Origin: Mobula hypostoma
Lineage: Eukaryota
Direction: 5' to 3'
Length of the DNA stretch: 64,000 nucleotides
Assembly (NCBI RefSeq): GCF_963921235.1
Contig: NC_086115.1
Location: forward strand, 61,196,001 to 61,260,000
Both the position numbers and the translations under genes were made by a program. Each line of letters opens with the position of its first letter. Position 1 is the stretch's first letter. The notes under the pieces were generated by a model that saw nothing but the letters and a program-made list of their open reading frames with translations, did no database searches and was not told the DNA's origin. Shown piece by piece: positions 52,013-64,000 of the stretch.

Positions 52013-52764
52013 TCTACGGTTGTTCATACCCAAATTATTAAAACAACCAGGAAAGATGCAGCCTCTTTTCTAATCTATTCATTTCCCTCTAAATTGTGTT
52101 TTAAACACTGTTATCCCACAATAGAATAAATTTACAAAAACTGGAAAAATAGGCATATACTGTATCTTCTGTTTGAGCTAAAGGGAGTGATTTTCCATTT
52201 TCCAAGCAATCTTTAATCAAATATTTGTAATTTTCTCTCTTGCATCAAGCTGCTATTTCTGTCCTCCTGTACTTTAGCAACTTCTCAATCACTACTCTGA
52301 AAGTAGGAAAAGGATAGATAAAGATTGGGATGGAGCATTAGCATGATGTGAAAGTGGGACTTGGAAAACAAGAAAAAAATTATTGTGATAGTAAATATGT
52401 GAATGAGTTTTGGGGACAGCGATATGGAACACACTACTCAAAACTACAAGGTTTGGAAGTTCTTGGGGTGTGCATGAGTATGGGAGGAAATGTTTTTTTA
52501 GCTGAGTTATTTGCAGCACCTTGGTATCTGTACTGCTTGCAAGTAGAAGATAGAGAAAGGCATACTAATTTTTTTGTGATCAAAAGTAAGTTGCCCATTT
52601 AAATAAGTTTGCTTCTCCACATTGTTTTACGTTCTGAAAACATAAGATTTAAAATGTTTCTGCAGGACTTCTAATTACTACAGCAGTATATAAGCTATTT
52701 CCTGCACAATCTAAAGAATATATGTATGTCTTAGGAACCATAATTAATGTTGGAACCATAAAAT

Positions 52765-53097
52765 AACTTCCTGGTGGCCAAACATTTTAATTCTGATTCT
52801 CATTCCTGTTCTGAGATATTGCTCCATGGCCTCCATTTGTGCTAAGATGAGGCCACCCCCAGGGTGGATGAGCAACAGCTTACATTCCATCTGGGTCACT
52901 TCCAACCTGATGGCATGAATATCAATTTCCCCTTCCAGCAAAAATTTCCTTTAACCCCCCCCCCTTCTATTCTGCACTCTGGCCTGTTACCTCGACTGTT
53001 TATTCAGTTCCATAGATGCTGCCTGACTTGCTGAGTTCCTCCAGAATTTTGTGTGTGTTGCCTTGGATTTCCAACATCTGCAGACTTTCTTGCGTCC
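52765..53097 (+). mobile_element. Penelope-like 3' end with the hammerhead region missing
   Basis: gtggccaaacattttaattc...caacctgatggcatgaat; resumes at tcgactg; terminus ccaacatctgcagactttcttgcgt. Confidence 0.8.
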
Positions 53098-53109
53098 ATA
53101 AAATAAAAC

Positions 53110-54706
53110 TCTGGTTGTTAGGATATCACAATAGCGTAGCAGTTAGCACAACACTATCACAACTTAGGGCAGGGTTTCTCAACAAGGGTTCTGTAGTTTC
53201 CATGAGAGGACTCTAGGAGTTCCACGCTTTTCCATCACTTTTTGAACTTTGTGCGCTCACAGAGGTGGATAGTGATTGAGTAGCCCCGTTAGCAATCTCT
53301 TCAGGAGTTTCTCAGGCCAGTGTGGCAGTGTGCAGTAAGGCTGTGTTTATTTGGTTGAGTCCTCTCCCTCCTGAATTGTCTCCCCCAACTTCCCTTTATG
53401 TGCCACCGACTGATGTATGGGAGCCAAGAAACTCTACCAGTGTAGCAGAAAATTAAAGGGAAATTTTCATTCAAAAGATGGTTCAATATGACGATTTTTG
53501 AAGAGGAGATGTGAGATGGAAGAGCAGGACTCTAGGCCTAGGCCTATGGACAATTCTGATAAGGTTAATGATGAAGAATTACAATCTTTTGAGTCATTTC
53601 ACTGTACTAGTGCAACAATGGACACAAAAAAGTCTATCTCTACAATGAAAGCTACTTATCAATGGTTTTTTACATGGACTGGTGATTCAAGTTGTCCTAT
53701 TCCACTCTGCCTAGTCTGTGGCAAACAGCTTACAAATACATTAAGAATCCGGCAAGGTGGAAAAAAAAACACAACTACAAATCACAGCCATATAACACGT
53801 AAAAGTTCTGATTATTTTGAATTGATATTGGAATTTCAAAACAAACATGGAAAATGGAACTCAGAGGGCTATGAGTAACCCTAGGTAATTTCTAAAGTAA
53901 GTACATTTTCGGCACAGCATTGTGGGCCGAAAGGCCTGTATTGTGCTGTAGGTTTTCTATGTTTCTAAACAGAGTAAAGCTTTTGTTATTAAAGTCACAG
54001 TCAGTAAAAGGTTTCAGGAAGCAAGTTATTTAGTAGCAGAACATATTACCCAGAAAAGGAAATGTTTTTGCTGTATTTCAACTTCTTGCATGTGTGAGCA
54101 AGCTTTTTATTATTTAACAACAATCAAGAGCAAGGATAGAAATAGTCTCATTTCAGTTGAAAGTGAAATCCTCATGTGCTTATCTCAAGTTCAACCCAGA
54201 ATTAAATCCCATTTTGGCTTAAGCCAGTTTTTCAACAGAAATTTATTATGTTTGCCTTATGAATTTTTAAAATTTATGAAAGGGAAGGAAAAGATTAATT
54301 TCAAGAAAGATAAGCTAAGCTTAACTACTTGTTTTTTTTTCAAGAAGGGTTGGCTAAAAATTCGTTCTCTGCTGAAAAGAACATTGACAATTATTTTTGT
54401 ATTATATCTAAAACTTACTGATCGCACTAACGTACCATGAGCAGTAGATATAATTATTTTTACACGGGGGTTCCCTGAGACCTGAAAATTATTTTAAGGG
54501 TTCCTCCAGGGTGAAAAGGTTGAGAAAGGGTGGCTTAGGGTGTTGGAGTTTGGAGTTCAGCTTCAATGGCATCTGTAAGGAGCTTGTATGTCCTCCCTGT
54601 GTAATGCATGGGTTTTCTCCGGGTGCTTGAGTTTCCTCGGGTTAAATTGGGGGTTGCTGGACAGTGTAGCTTGATGAGCTGGAAGGTCCTGTTCTATGCT
54701 GTACCC

Positions 54707-54710
<4 letters not shown>
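53110..54710 (+). mobile_element. V-SINE split by the hAT element
   Basis: Head atagcgtagcagttagcaca..acttaggg continues after the hAT as tgttggagtttggagttc...gggttttctccgggtgc. Confidence 0.75.
53170..54532 (+). mobile_element. hAT (Buster/Charlie) element, internally deleted, with a CR1 3' tail inserted at about 53848-53966
   Basis: Imperfect TIRs cagggtttctcaac / gttgagaaagggtg; 8-bp TSD acttaggg/gcttaggg (nnnTAnnn); CPIPLCLVCGKQL and CEQAF..TIKSKDRNSLISVE remnants. Confidence 0.85.
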
Positions 54711-54738
<28 letters not shown>

Positions 54739-54755
54739 AAATAGATAGATAGATA
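54708..54755. repeat. Compound microsatellite (CAAT)n(AAAT)n(AGAT)n at the SINE tail
   Basis: Directly visible in the sequence. Confidence 0.9.
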
Positions 54756-55574
54756 GGAAAGCTTATTTCTTAGGAAGCGATTCATAAGAAATTCCCAGTG
54801 AATTATGATCTGCCTTATTCTAATTATTCTCGGAGAGAGAAGTAATTGTTGTCACCTTCTACTGGTGTGAATAGACAAGCGAATCAATATACAGTAGCTT
54901 GCACAAGTATTTAGAGTAACTGAATACAGTCACTTTTTAGAGTAGCTTCTTAGAGATTAAGGTAGTTATCAAAATATAACAACTCACTTTTTTTTTATTT
55001 TCAAACTTCACATGCACAATCCAGCTGTCTTCTCATTTATCACTGTGTTCAGCTCCATTGCCAAAATTCCTTACTCCAGATGTTGAAGACTGAGAACATC
55101 AGGGAAAGAATTTGTTACTTATTTAGTTTGCTTTGTTTTAACTGAAGAAGAAAATCATGAGTGATGATTCACCCCCACCCTTACACTCCTTACCACCTTA
55201 ACCACCCCTCCTGAGAAACACGTTTAATGCAACGACATTAATCGAGAATTCAAAGGCAAGGTGGTATTAGTTGGTTTCAGGAATCGCCAAGGCTGTTAAA
55301 GGATAATATAGTGGAGGCATCTGTATATTTTGTATTTGACTATTGCACACCAGGTGGCCAATCAAGACTGATGACAGAAGAAGTTATAATATCTGGCTTA
55401 TATTCTACAGTAATAGTTCCCAACCTAAGGTCCACAGACCCCTCGGTTAATGGTATGTGTCCATGGGATAAAACCCCTGCTCTGCCGAGGTTGCAACACT
55501 CTGTGAGTGGCTCGTCTCCCAGTCATCCACTGAAGTTCCCATAAGTATTTGTCACTAGTGCATTTTATGTTTGT

Positions 55575-56692
55575 GACTTCTCCAGAGTGTTCAACACCAT
55601 CCACCCTGCTCTGCTGGGGGAGAAGCTGACAGCGATGCAGGTGGATGCTCCCCTTGTGTCATGGATCTTGATTACCTGACTGGCAGACCACAGTACGTGT
55701 GCTTGCAACACTGTGTGTCCGACAGAGTGATCAGCAACACTGGGGCTCCACGGGGGACTGTCTTGTCTCCCTTTCTCTTCACCATTTACACCTCGGACTT
55801 CAACTACTGCACAGAGTCTTGTCATCTTCAGAAGTTTTCAGATGGCTCTGCCATAGTTGGATGCATCAGCAAGGGAAATGAGGTTGAGTACAGGGCTACG
55901 GTAGGAAACTTTGTCACATGGTGTGAGCAGAATTATCTGCAGCTTAATGTGAAAAAGACTAAGGAGCTGGTGGTAGACCTGAGGAGAGCCAAGGTACCGA
56001 TGTCCCCTGTTTCCATCCAGGGGGTCAGTGTGGACATGGTGGAGGATTACAAATACCTGGGGATACTAATTGACAATAAACTGGACTGGTCAAAGAACAC
56101 TGAGGCTGTCTACAAGAAGGGTCAAAGCCGTCTCTATTTCCTGAGGAGACTGAGGTCCTTTAACATCTGCCAGACGATGCTGAGGATGTTCTACAAGTCT
56201 GTGGTGGCCAGTGCTATCATGTTTGCTGTTGTGTGCTGGGGCAGCAGGCTGAGGGTAGCAGACACCAAAAGAATCAACAAACTCATCCATAAGGCCAGTG
56301 ATGTGGGGATGGAACTGGACTCTCTCACGGTGGTGTCTGAAAAGAGGATGCTGTCCAAGTTGCATGCCATCTTGGACAATGTCTCCCATCCACTACATAA
56401 TGTACTGGTTGGGCACAGGAGTGCATTCAGCCAGAGACTCATTCCACCGAGATGCAACACAGAGCATCAAAGGAAGTCATTCCTGTCTGTGGCCATCAAA
56501 CTTTACAACTCCTCCCTTGGAGGGTCAGACACCCTGAGCCAATAGGCTGGTCCTGGACTTATTTCCTGGCATAATTTACATATTACTATTTAACTATTTA
56601 TGGTTTTATTTCTATTTATTATTTATGGTGCAATTGTAACGAAAACCAATTTCCCCCCGATCAATAAAGTATGACTATGACTATGACTATGA
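55575..56692 (+). mobile_element. Rex/Babar LINE, 5'-truncated, with an open 294-aa RT C-terminal frame
   Basis: LDYLTGRPQYV, NTGAPRGTVLSPFLFTIYTSD, LQKFSDGSAIVG, LNVKKTKELVVD; (TATGAC)n tail. Confidence 0.92.
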
Positions 56693-56739
56693 AGTATGTC
56701 ACTTGAACCGTAGCTGATCCAGATATTTGAGGCAGCTGT

Positions 56740-56990
56740 CTTTTTCTTCTTAAACTCATCAACCCTTCTGTGGTATAGGCCACCAACAGCAGCTCAACAG
56801 AGTCCTCTTTCCTGTGCCAGTCCTTCAGTACTTCAAGGTGTAGCCCGTCGAAGATCTGTCCTCTCCCAGGGTTGAGATCTTTGAATTTTCTATTGGCATT
56901 TCTGTAGTATTGAGTTTTTATGGGACGGGTTGCAAGCCCCATGCCCAACCCTCCTCCTTTCACAGCCAGGCTTGGGATCATCCATGACGG
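56740..56990 (-). mobile_element. Short non-autonomous RTE-like element
   Basis: Minus strand gggttgggcatggggcttgcaaccc (RTE 5'UTR-like) joined to a tggcctatacc...gtttaagaagaa 3' end. Confidence 0.45.
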
Positions 56991-57417
56991 AGTTTGATGC
57001 ACAGGTCTGCAATGAAAAATACTAGAGAGCATTTCATTTATAGGAGTTACAATTACATTGGTATTTTAATACATTCCTTTTGTCTTGCATGGTATCTGAC
57101 AGCTTTACAGTTTTACAAACTATATTTTCTCCAATGACTTTAGTACACTGAAGATTCCAAGATGGGAGATGAAATAATTTATATTTTTTTAATTACTTAG
57201 ATTGCTTACAATAAACGTGTTTGTCCCTTGACTGATTTGTGGGTTCACAAAAATATTTTACTTGCTGGCATCCTGTATAGTTATGATTTCTTGCTGTTTT
57301 TTCAAATGGAATCTCAACCAGTTTTATGTATGTATCTTGCAAAATGTGTCTGTACAAATGATCTTGATGTTTGTTGACAGCCTTGTGCATTCACAAGACA
57401 CCTGAGATTTTTTTTTA

Positions 57418-57655
57418 AATTTATTGTGATACCGCACAGAATCAGCCCTTCGATCTACACTGCCCAACAACCCCTGATTTAACTCTAGCCTAATCACGGG
57501 AGAATTTACAATGACCAACTGACCTACTAACTGCTATACCTTTGAACTGTGAAAGGAAACTCACGCAGTCACGGATAGAACATACAAACTCCTTACAGAC
57601 AATGGCAGAAATTGAACCTGGGTCATCTGTACTGTAAAGTGTTGTGCTAACCACT
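57418..57655 (-). mobile_element. V-SINE
   Basis: caacccctgatttaac..taatcacgggagaatttacaatgacca as at 6036-6085; tRNA-like head at the right end. Confidence 0.7.
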
Positions 57656-57796
57656 ATTTAGACATTTATAAAACTATATCATCAATCATAAGCTGACATT
57701 TTTAAAAAGATAAAATACTGATTCATTGTTAAGAAATTCTACTCATTTTACTAGAAAATAGATTTCATCTGTTTGATTTTGTTTATTTTCTTTTAG

Positions 57797-57875
57797 CTGC
57801 TTTCTGTCACTACTTCTGGTAGCAGCAGTTGTGTGGAAGATCAAACAAACTTGCTGGGCTTCTCGAAGGAGAGAG
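57797..57875 (+). CDS. ATRNL1: Internal coding exon (79 bp) of attractin-like 1: end of the transmembrane helix and start of the cytoplasmic tail
   Basis: Polypyrimidine tract + AG (gtttattttcttttag) before 57797 and GTAAG donor after 57875. Translation c|TGC TTT CTG...AGA GAG = CFLSLLLVAAVVWKIKQTCWASRRRE matches the attractin family; by recall KQT is ATRNL1 and KQS is ATRN. Confidence 0.92.
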
Positions 57876-57907
57876 GTAAGAGATAGCAGTGTTGTTTGGC
57901 TCTGGTG

Positions 57908-57972
57908 CAGGAGTTCCCAACCTTTTTTATTCCATGGACCAATATCATTAAGCAAGGATCCATGGACCCCTG
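57908..57972. mobile_element. Tiny hAT-type MITE remnant (related copies at about 9930-9997 and 55410-55479)
   Basis: caggagttcccaacc...ttaagcaaggatccatggacccctg. Confidence 0.5.
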
Positions 57973-60082
57973 CTCCACTGCATCCTTTCATAGATGGTTC
58001 ATTTAATTAATGAATACTGTCTCACATTTACTCTTGGTACTCTATTATACAGAAGGAGGCAAATGTAATTAATTTGTTATTTATTAGCCAAAATTCACCA
58101 TGTCGTTGACTCACAGAAATCATTAGAGGGATTATTGATTGGAAAACTATAAAATGGTTAATTCAAAAGTCAAAGGCGAGTTTATTGTGATATGCACAAG
58201 TACATGTATGCACAAATGCAATGAAAATCTTACTTGAAATGGCATCACAGGCGTTTAGCATCATATAAGCAGCTTTCACGGAAAAACAAAAAAAACACAA
58301 GTTTTACAAGAAAGAATACAATTACAAAAACAAAAGAAAAACAAAATTCATTTCCAAGGTTGTAGTTTTGCTAAATTGTTATGATTTTAGGGTTGTGACA
58401 GTTGTTTCAAGAACTAAATGGATATATCCCATTCTGATCATTTCTACTCTTACCAGAAATGGAAATCTTTAAATTTTAGCAGAAACATACAAATGGCTAG
58501 GTTCTTTCCCCACATTTGTTCAATGCAGTCAAAGTTAATCAGACAATTTTTGTGATGTGATTGGGATAGTCACATATTGTCTGATTTGCAGACATAGTTC
58601 TTGGTTATATAATAGATATATCATTGAATAGACCATGGATAATTAAAGACTAATTTGCATTTGGTCTTTATGATGATATAATGCGACCTAAGATCATGCT
58701 ATCCTGGAGCATGTTAAATTGCAAGATTACTTGTGGGGTTATGAGGGAAACATGCAATGCTGTGGCATGCATGCACATTTATTAAATTAATGATCAAACT
58801 TGAATGGCTTGAACTGTCTTACATTATAATTTATTACAAAACTGAATTCAGTTAACTATTTCTTTAATTTTGAATAATCTCTCAAAGGTGTTTCTTTGCA
58901 AACAAATGAACTTGAATTGCTGAACCTGCTGTGTTTTTATGGATTTAATAAATCTACAAAGATGGGTATATGACTTAGTGTTGAAAGGCAAATATGATGT
59001 ATAGCTTTTATTTTCTTCAGAATGGGCTTTTCAGGACACAAATAATTTTTCTAACCTGTTATCTTAAAAATTTCAGGGAAGTTGAGAGCTTATTTATTGT
59101 AAAATAGCGCATTAGAGGGTCATTTTTTCTTACAGCATGTTGGTTGAGACTGGCTTTACACTTCACATCCTCATCTGCAATTCAGCAAAGACACTTTTCA
59201 ACGTACTTGTGCAGATAGTACAAATGCAATTTTTTTTTATTTTTGAAAAGTGATTAAAATATGCAGCATATATGAAAAATTAACGGTATTAACTTGACCA
59301 TCTTTACACTTTGATGATAGATTTCAAATGTACTAACATACTATACATTTCAAATTCTTTGTAAGAAACATTATTGGTTTAACATGAGAGGAATATAAAA
59401 CAAATAAAAATTCTATTATGTCTGTTGCTATTGGAAATATGTGTTTGGCTTTAGCACAGAAACAATGGATGGATATTGATATGATTTGTTGGCCATGAGA
59501 GCCAAATTAACATACCTGAATGCTACTAGCTGTTCGCCTGTTTGTTGTGCATGACTGGGAAATAGATTTTAATAAATTATCTGTCATATCGATATAATTC
59601 GAAGCTTTATCTGCAAGCCTAATTTATTTGACTCTTTCTTTGTAATTGTATTAAAGAACTAATTTACATTTGAGGTTGTTAAAATACAGAAAGATCGAAG
59701 ATGAATCTGGATCTGTAGCAATAGAGTAGTAGTTCATATGGTTTCAGGTGTAGATTTTATTTCTAGAAACACTTGGCAAGGAATTTCTGATAAGTAAACA
59801 AAGCTCAGATTTACATAGCATGATGCTGAGATACATCCCAGGATGTGCTGGAACACATCATCAATGATGTAACGTGGGGTCTTCACGTGTTTTAAGTCTT
59901 TCAATATCAGACATCCTTGTCCAGGTGACCCTGCCAGGGTTGATCAGGTCTTGGCTTGTGTCCCAGCAGCATTGGTCCGTGGGTCACACCTCTTGATCCA
60001 CAGCCATCCCAAAATTCACACAGCAGCCTCTGTGATGGTCCTGGTGGTTCTTCTCTTTACAGCCCCTGTAATGCCAAGGAGA

Positions 60083-63000
60083 AAATCAGAATCAGGTTTA
60101 TTGTCACCAACATGTGTCGTGAAATTAGTGAACTTAGCAGCAGCAGTACACTGCAATCCATAATATAGAAGAAAATAATAACAATAAAAAATAAATAAAT
60201 CGGTTACAAAGTATGTATATTGAATAGATCAAATACCATGCAAAAACAAATAATATATATTAAAAAAGTGAGGTAGTGTTCACAGGTTCAATGTCCATTT
60301 AGGAATCGGATGGCAGAGGGGAAGAAGCTGTTCCTGAATCGCTGAGTGTGTGCCTTCAGGCTTCTGTATCTCCTACCTGATGGTAACAGTGAGAAAAGGG
60401 CATGCCCTGGGTGCTGGAGGTCCTTAATAATGGACGCTGCCTTTCTAAGACACCGCTCCTGGAAGATGTCCTGGGTGCTTTGTAGGCTAGTACCCAAGAT
60501 GAAGCTGACTAGCTTTACAACCCTTTGTAGCTTCTTTCAGTCCTGTGCGGTAGCACCCCCCCCCCGCCCCCAAACCAGACAGTGATGCAGCCTGTCAGAA
60601 TGGTCAGAATGCTCTCCACTATACATCTGTAGAAGTATTTGAGTGTAGTTGTTGACATGCCAAATCTCTTCAAACTCCTAATGAAGTATAGCTGCTGTCT
60701 TGCCTTCTTTATAACTACGCCGACATGTTGGGACCAGGTTAGATCCTCAGAGATCTTGACACCCAGGAACTTGAAACTGCTCACTCTCTCCACTTCTGAT
60801 CCCTCTATGAGGATTGGTGTGTGTTCCTTCGTCTTACCCTTCTTGAAGTTCACAATTAGCTCTTTCGTCTTACTGACGTTGAGTGCCAGGTTGTTGCTGC
60901 GACACCACTCCACTAGTTGGCATATCTCACTCCTGTACTCCTTCTCGTCACCACCTGAGATTCCACCAACATTAGTTGTATTGTCAGCAAATTTATAGAT
61001 GATATTTGAGCTATGCCTAGCCACACAGTCATGTGTATATAGAGAGTAGAGCAGTGGGCTAAGCACACACCCCTGAGCTGCACCAGAGTTGATCATCAGT
61101 GAGGAGGAGATGTTATCACCAATCCACACAGACTGTGGTCTTCCGGTTAGGAAGTCAAGGATCCAATTGCAGAGGGAGGTACAGAGGCCCAGGTTCTACA
61201 ACTCCTCAATCAGGACTGTGGGAATGACAGTATTAAATGCTGACCTATAGTTGATGAACAGCATCTTGACATAGGTGTTTGAGTTGTCCAAGTGGTCTAA
61301 AGCTGTGTGAAGAGCCGTTGAGATTGCATCTGTCTTTGACCTATTGTGCGACAGGCAAATTGCAATGGGTTCAAGTCCTTGCTGAGGCAGGAGTTCAGTC
61401 TAGTCATGACCAACCTCTCAAAGCATTTCATCACTGTAGATGTGTGTGCTACCGGGCTATTGTCATTAAAGGCAGCTCACATAATTCTTCTTAGGCATTT
61501 CTTGTTGCCTTTTTGAAACAAGTGGGAACTTCCGCCTGTAGCAGTAAGAGGTTGAAAATGTCCTTGAATACTCCTGCCAGTTGGTTGGAACAGATTTTCA
61601 GAGGCTTACCAGGTACTCCGTTGGGACATTTCACCTTGCGAGGGTTCACTCTCTTTAAAGACAGCCTAACATCAGACCCTGAGACAGAGATCACAGAGTC
61701 ATCAGGTGCAGCAGGGGTCTTCACAGCTGTAGTTATATTCTCCCTTTCAAACGGGCATAGAAGGTGCTGAGTTCATCTGGTAGTGAAGCATCACTGCCAT
61801 TCAAGCTATTGGGTTTCACTTTGTAGGAAGTAATGCCATACCTGGTTTTTTCGTACAGACTTGGGTCACCAATCTTGAATGCCAGCCTTCAGCAGATGAC
61901 TTACCTCCTGGTTCATCCACGGCTTTTGGTTTGGGAATGTACAGTAAGTCTTTGTAGGCACACACTCATCTACACAGGTTTTAATGAAGTCAGTAACAAC
62001 AGCAGCATACTCAGATTTGAAGATGAATCCCTGAATACAGTCCAGTCCACTGATTCAAAGTAGTCCAGTAAGCGCTCCTGTGCTTCCCTTGTCCATACCT
62101 TCTTGGTCCTCACTGCAAGTGCTGCAGTCTTCAGTCTCCGCCTATACTCAGGAAGTAGAAGTTCAGCCAGGTGATCAGACTTCCCGAAGTGAGGGTATGG
62201 AATAGCACAGTGGGCATTCGTGATGGTGGTGTATCAATGGTCCAGTGTGTTGTTTCCTCTGGTATTGCAAGTGATCTGTTGATGGTAATTGCTTAGTGAT
62301 TTTTTTCAGACTGGCCTGGTTAACATCACCCAAAACGATGGTGAATGCGTTAGGGTGCGCTGTTTCGTGCATGTTGATCCCATTGCTTAGATCATCTAAA
62401 GCCTGATTGACATTGGCCTGATGTAGAATGTATACTGCTACCAAAATGATCCCGGAAATCTCCTCTGGTAGGTAAAATGGACGGCATTTAACTGCAAGAT
62501 ATTCCAGGTCTGGTGAGCAGAATTGGGACAGTACTGATATATTTGTGCACCAAGAAGAGTTGATCATGAGGCATACTCCTCCACCTCTGCTTTTGAGAGA
62601 CTCAATAGATCTATCCTGATGGTGTATAGTAAACCTGTCGATCTATATCGCTGCATCTGGTATGGAAGGGGTTAACCGGGATTCCATGAAACAAAGGACA
62701 CATGCTGTCCTAATGTCCCTCTGATTCAGCACCCTAGCTCTGAGATCATCTATTTTATTCACTAGAGGCTGCATGTTTGCCTGCAAGATAGTCTGTATTG
62801 GTGTTTAAAACCCCGTTTCCTGAAATGCACTTGTATTCCTGTCCTGCAACAACGTTCCCTACGTGGAATTCGGCAAGGAGTCCGTCCGCATTCGGCATTG
62901 TTTACATCAGTTTTAAGCAATGATGGTTCAATTAAGCACATTGAGACATCTTTGTTGACTCCACTGACCTTGGAAGCAGATGTGATTTTTAGCTGTATCA

Positions 63001-63100
63001 GGCTGAAATGAGAATCCATTATCCATTGAGAGTTCTGCTGCCATATGAGTCGCTTCGAAAATATCAAATTACTTTAATGCCACTTTGTAAATAGATCAAA
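60083..63100 (-). mobile_element. Near-full-length Rex1/Babar-type LINE (APE + RT), decayed
   Basis: [66 protein letters not shown]; (CTGATT)n tail. Confidence 0.92.
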
Positions 63101-63544
63101 ACTTATCTAATATAGTGGATTTATCTGCTGTGGAATTATCTACTGGCTCTTACCTGGTAGGGTGCCACAGAATATCTGAGAAAATAAGTTGGCCCTTGGT
63201 TTATGCTTTACCTTATTTACGGAAAAAATTCACATAAATACCAGTATGTCATGTATATAAATTATTGAGTATGTCAACCTTTCCTTTTCATCCACACATA
63301 GTCAGTTTTTTCAGAAATTCTCCATATAATTATGCTTTTGTTTGTATAAGTGAAAGGAACACAGGGAAAGAGGTTAAATGTTTAGCCCTCTGCCTTATTC
63401 ATTTTATACTTATGACTGACAGCTCCAATACCATATTTAAGTTTGCTGATTGTCCAGCACTGTCATTGGCCGAATTAAAGTTGGTGACAAATCCGCATCT
63501 CGGAGTGAGGTTGAAAATACAGCTGAGTGGTGCCATAGCAACAA

Positions 63545-63733
63545 TCTCACTTGTGAGTCTGTTGGGGTCATCTACTGTATCCGATGCTCCCTGTCTGGCC
63601 TCCTGTATATCGGTGAAACCTGATGTACATTGGAGACTGCTTCACCGAGCACCTACACTCTATCCGCTAGAAAATGCGCCGTCTCCCAGTGCCCACCCAT
63701 TTTAATTCCACTTCCCATTCCCATTCCAACATG
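63545..63733 (+). mobile_element. Penelope-like GIY-YIG fragment, cut at about 63734 by another repeat running off the window
   Basis: VIYCIRCSLSGLLYIGET...PVPTHFNSTSHSHSNM, homologous to 49430-49600. Confidence 0.85.
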
Positions 63734-64000
63734 TTCAAAGGTTCGACGTTCCAATTTAACGTCAGACAAATGTATACAATATACATCCTGAAATGCTTTT
63801 TCTTCGTAAACATCTACGAAAACAGAGAAGTGCCCCAAAGAATGAACGACAGTTAAACGTGAGAACCCCAAAGTTACCCCCAGCTACCCCCTCCCGCATG
63901 TAAGTGGCAACGAGCAATGATCCCCCCCCCCAACATAAAGAAAGCGCACCCGCTACCGAGCACAAGCGTGAGCTAGGTGATAGCAAAGACCTTGCAGTTA

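Noticed and set aside
54841..54870. gtcaccttct as part of the upstream ATRNL1 exon (VTFF)
   Set aside because: Surrounding codons and splice sites do not fit.
55661..56545. 294-aa ORF as a host or domesticated gene
   Set aside because: It is the C-terminal RT of a 5'-truncated Rex/Babar LINE; the catalytic motif reads FSDG instead of xxDD, and a second copy lies at 50658-51002.
59011..59045. Acceptor-like ttttcttcag as the next exon
   Set aside because: No frame gives an attractin-like peptide.

Overview
AT-rich vertebrate genomic DNA. The repeat repertoire (CR1 LINEs, V-SINE/HE1-like SINEs, Rex/Babar, Penelope-like elements) suggests a cartilaginous fish; this is an inference. The only host-gene feature I recognise is one 79-bp coding exon of attractin-like 1 (ATRNL1, + strand, 57797-57875, CFLSLLLVAAVVWKIKQTCWASRRRE), so the rest is probably intronic. 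Most of the window is decayed, often nested transposons: two CR1 subfamilies (two near-full-length copies), Rex/Babar LINEs, an RNase H-bearing Nimb/I-group LINE, an RTE LINE, two Tc1 copies, two hAT (Buster/Charlie) elements, a mariner-derived MITE and V-SINEs. Most striking is a Penelope-like (GIY-YIG) family whose terminus carries a 36-nt minimal type I hammerhead ribozyme (AGUC-CUGACGA-stem II-GAAACGUC^GACU). Several copies inserted as TSD-flanked fold-back structures with a shared fixed end. Also notable: an RTE copy with twin-priming-like 5' inversion geometry, a palindromic four-TIR mariner MITE and an 83-bp near-perfect fold-back. Most ORFs in the track are TE fragments or antisense shadows. 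Boundaries of old repeats are approximate, and family names come from motif recognition, not database searches.
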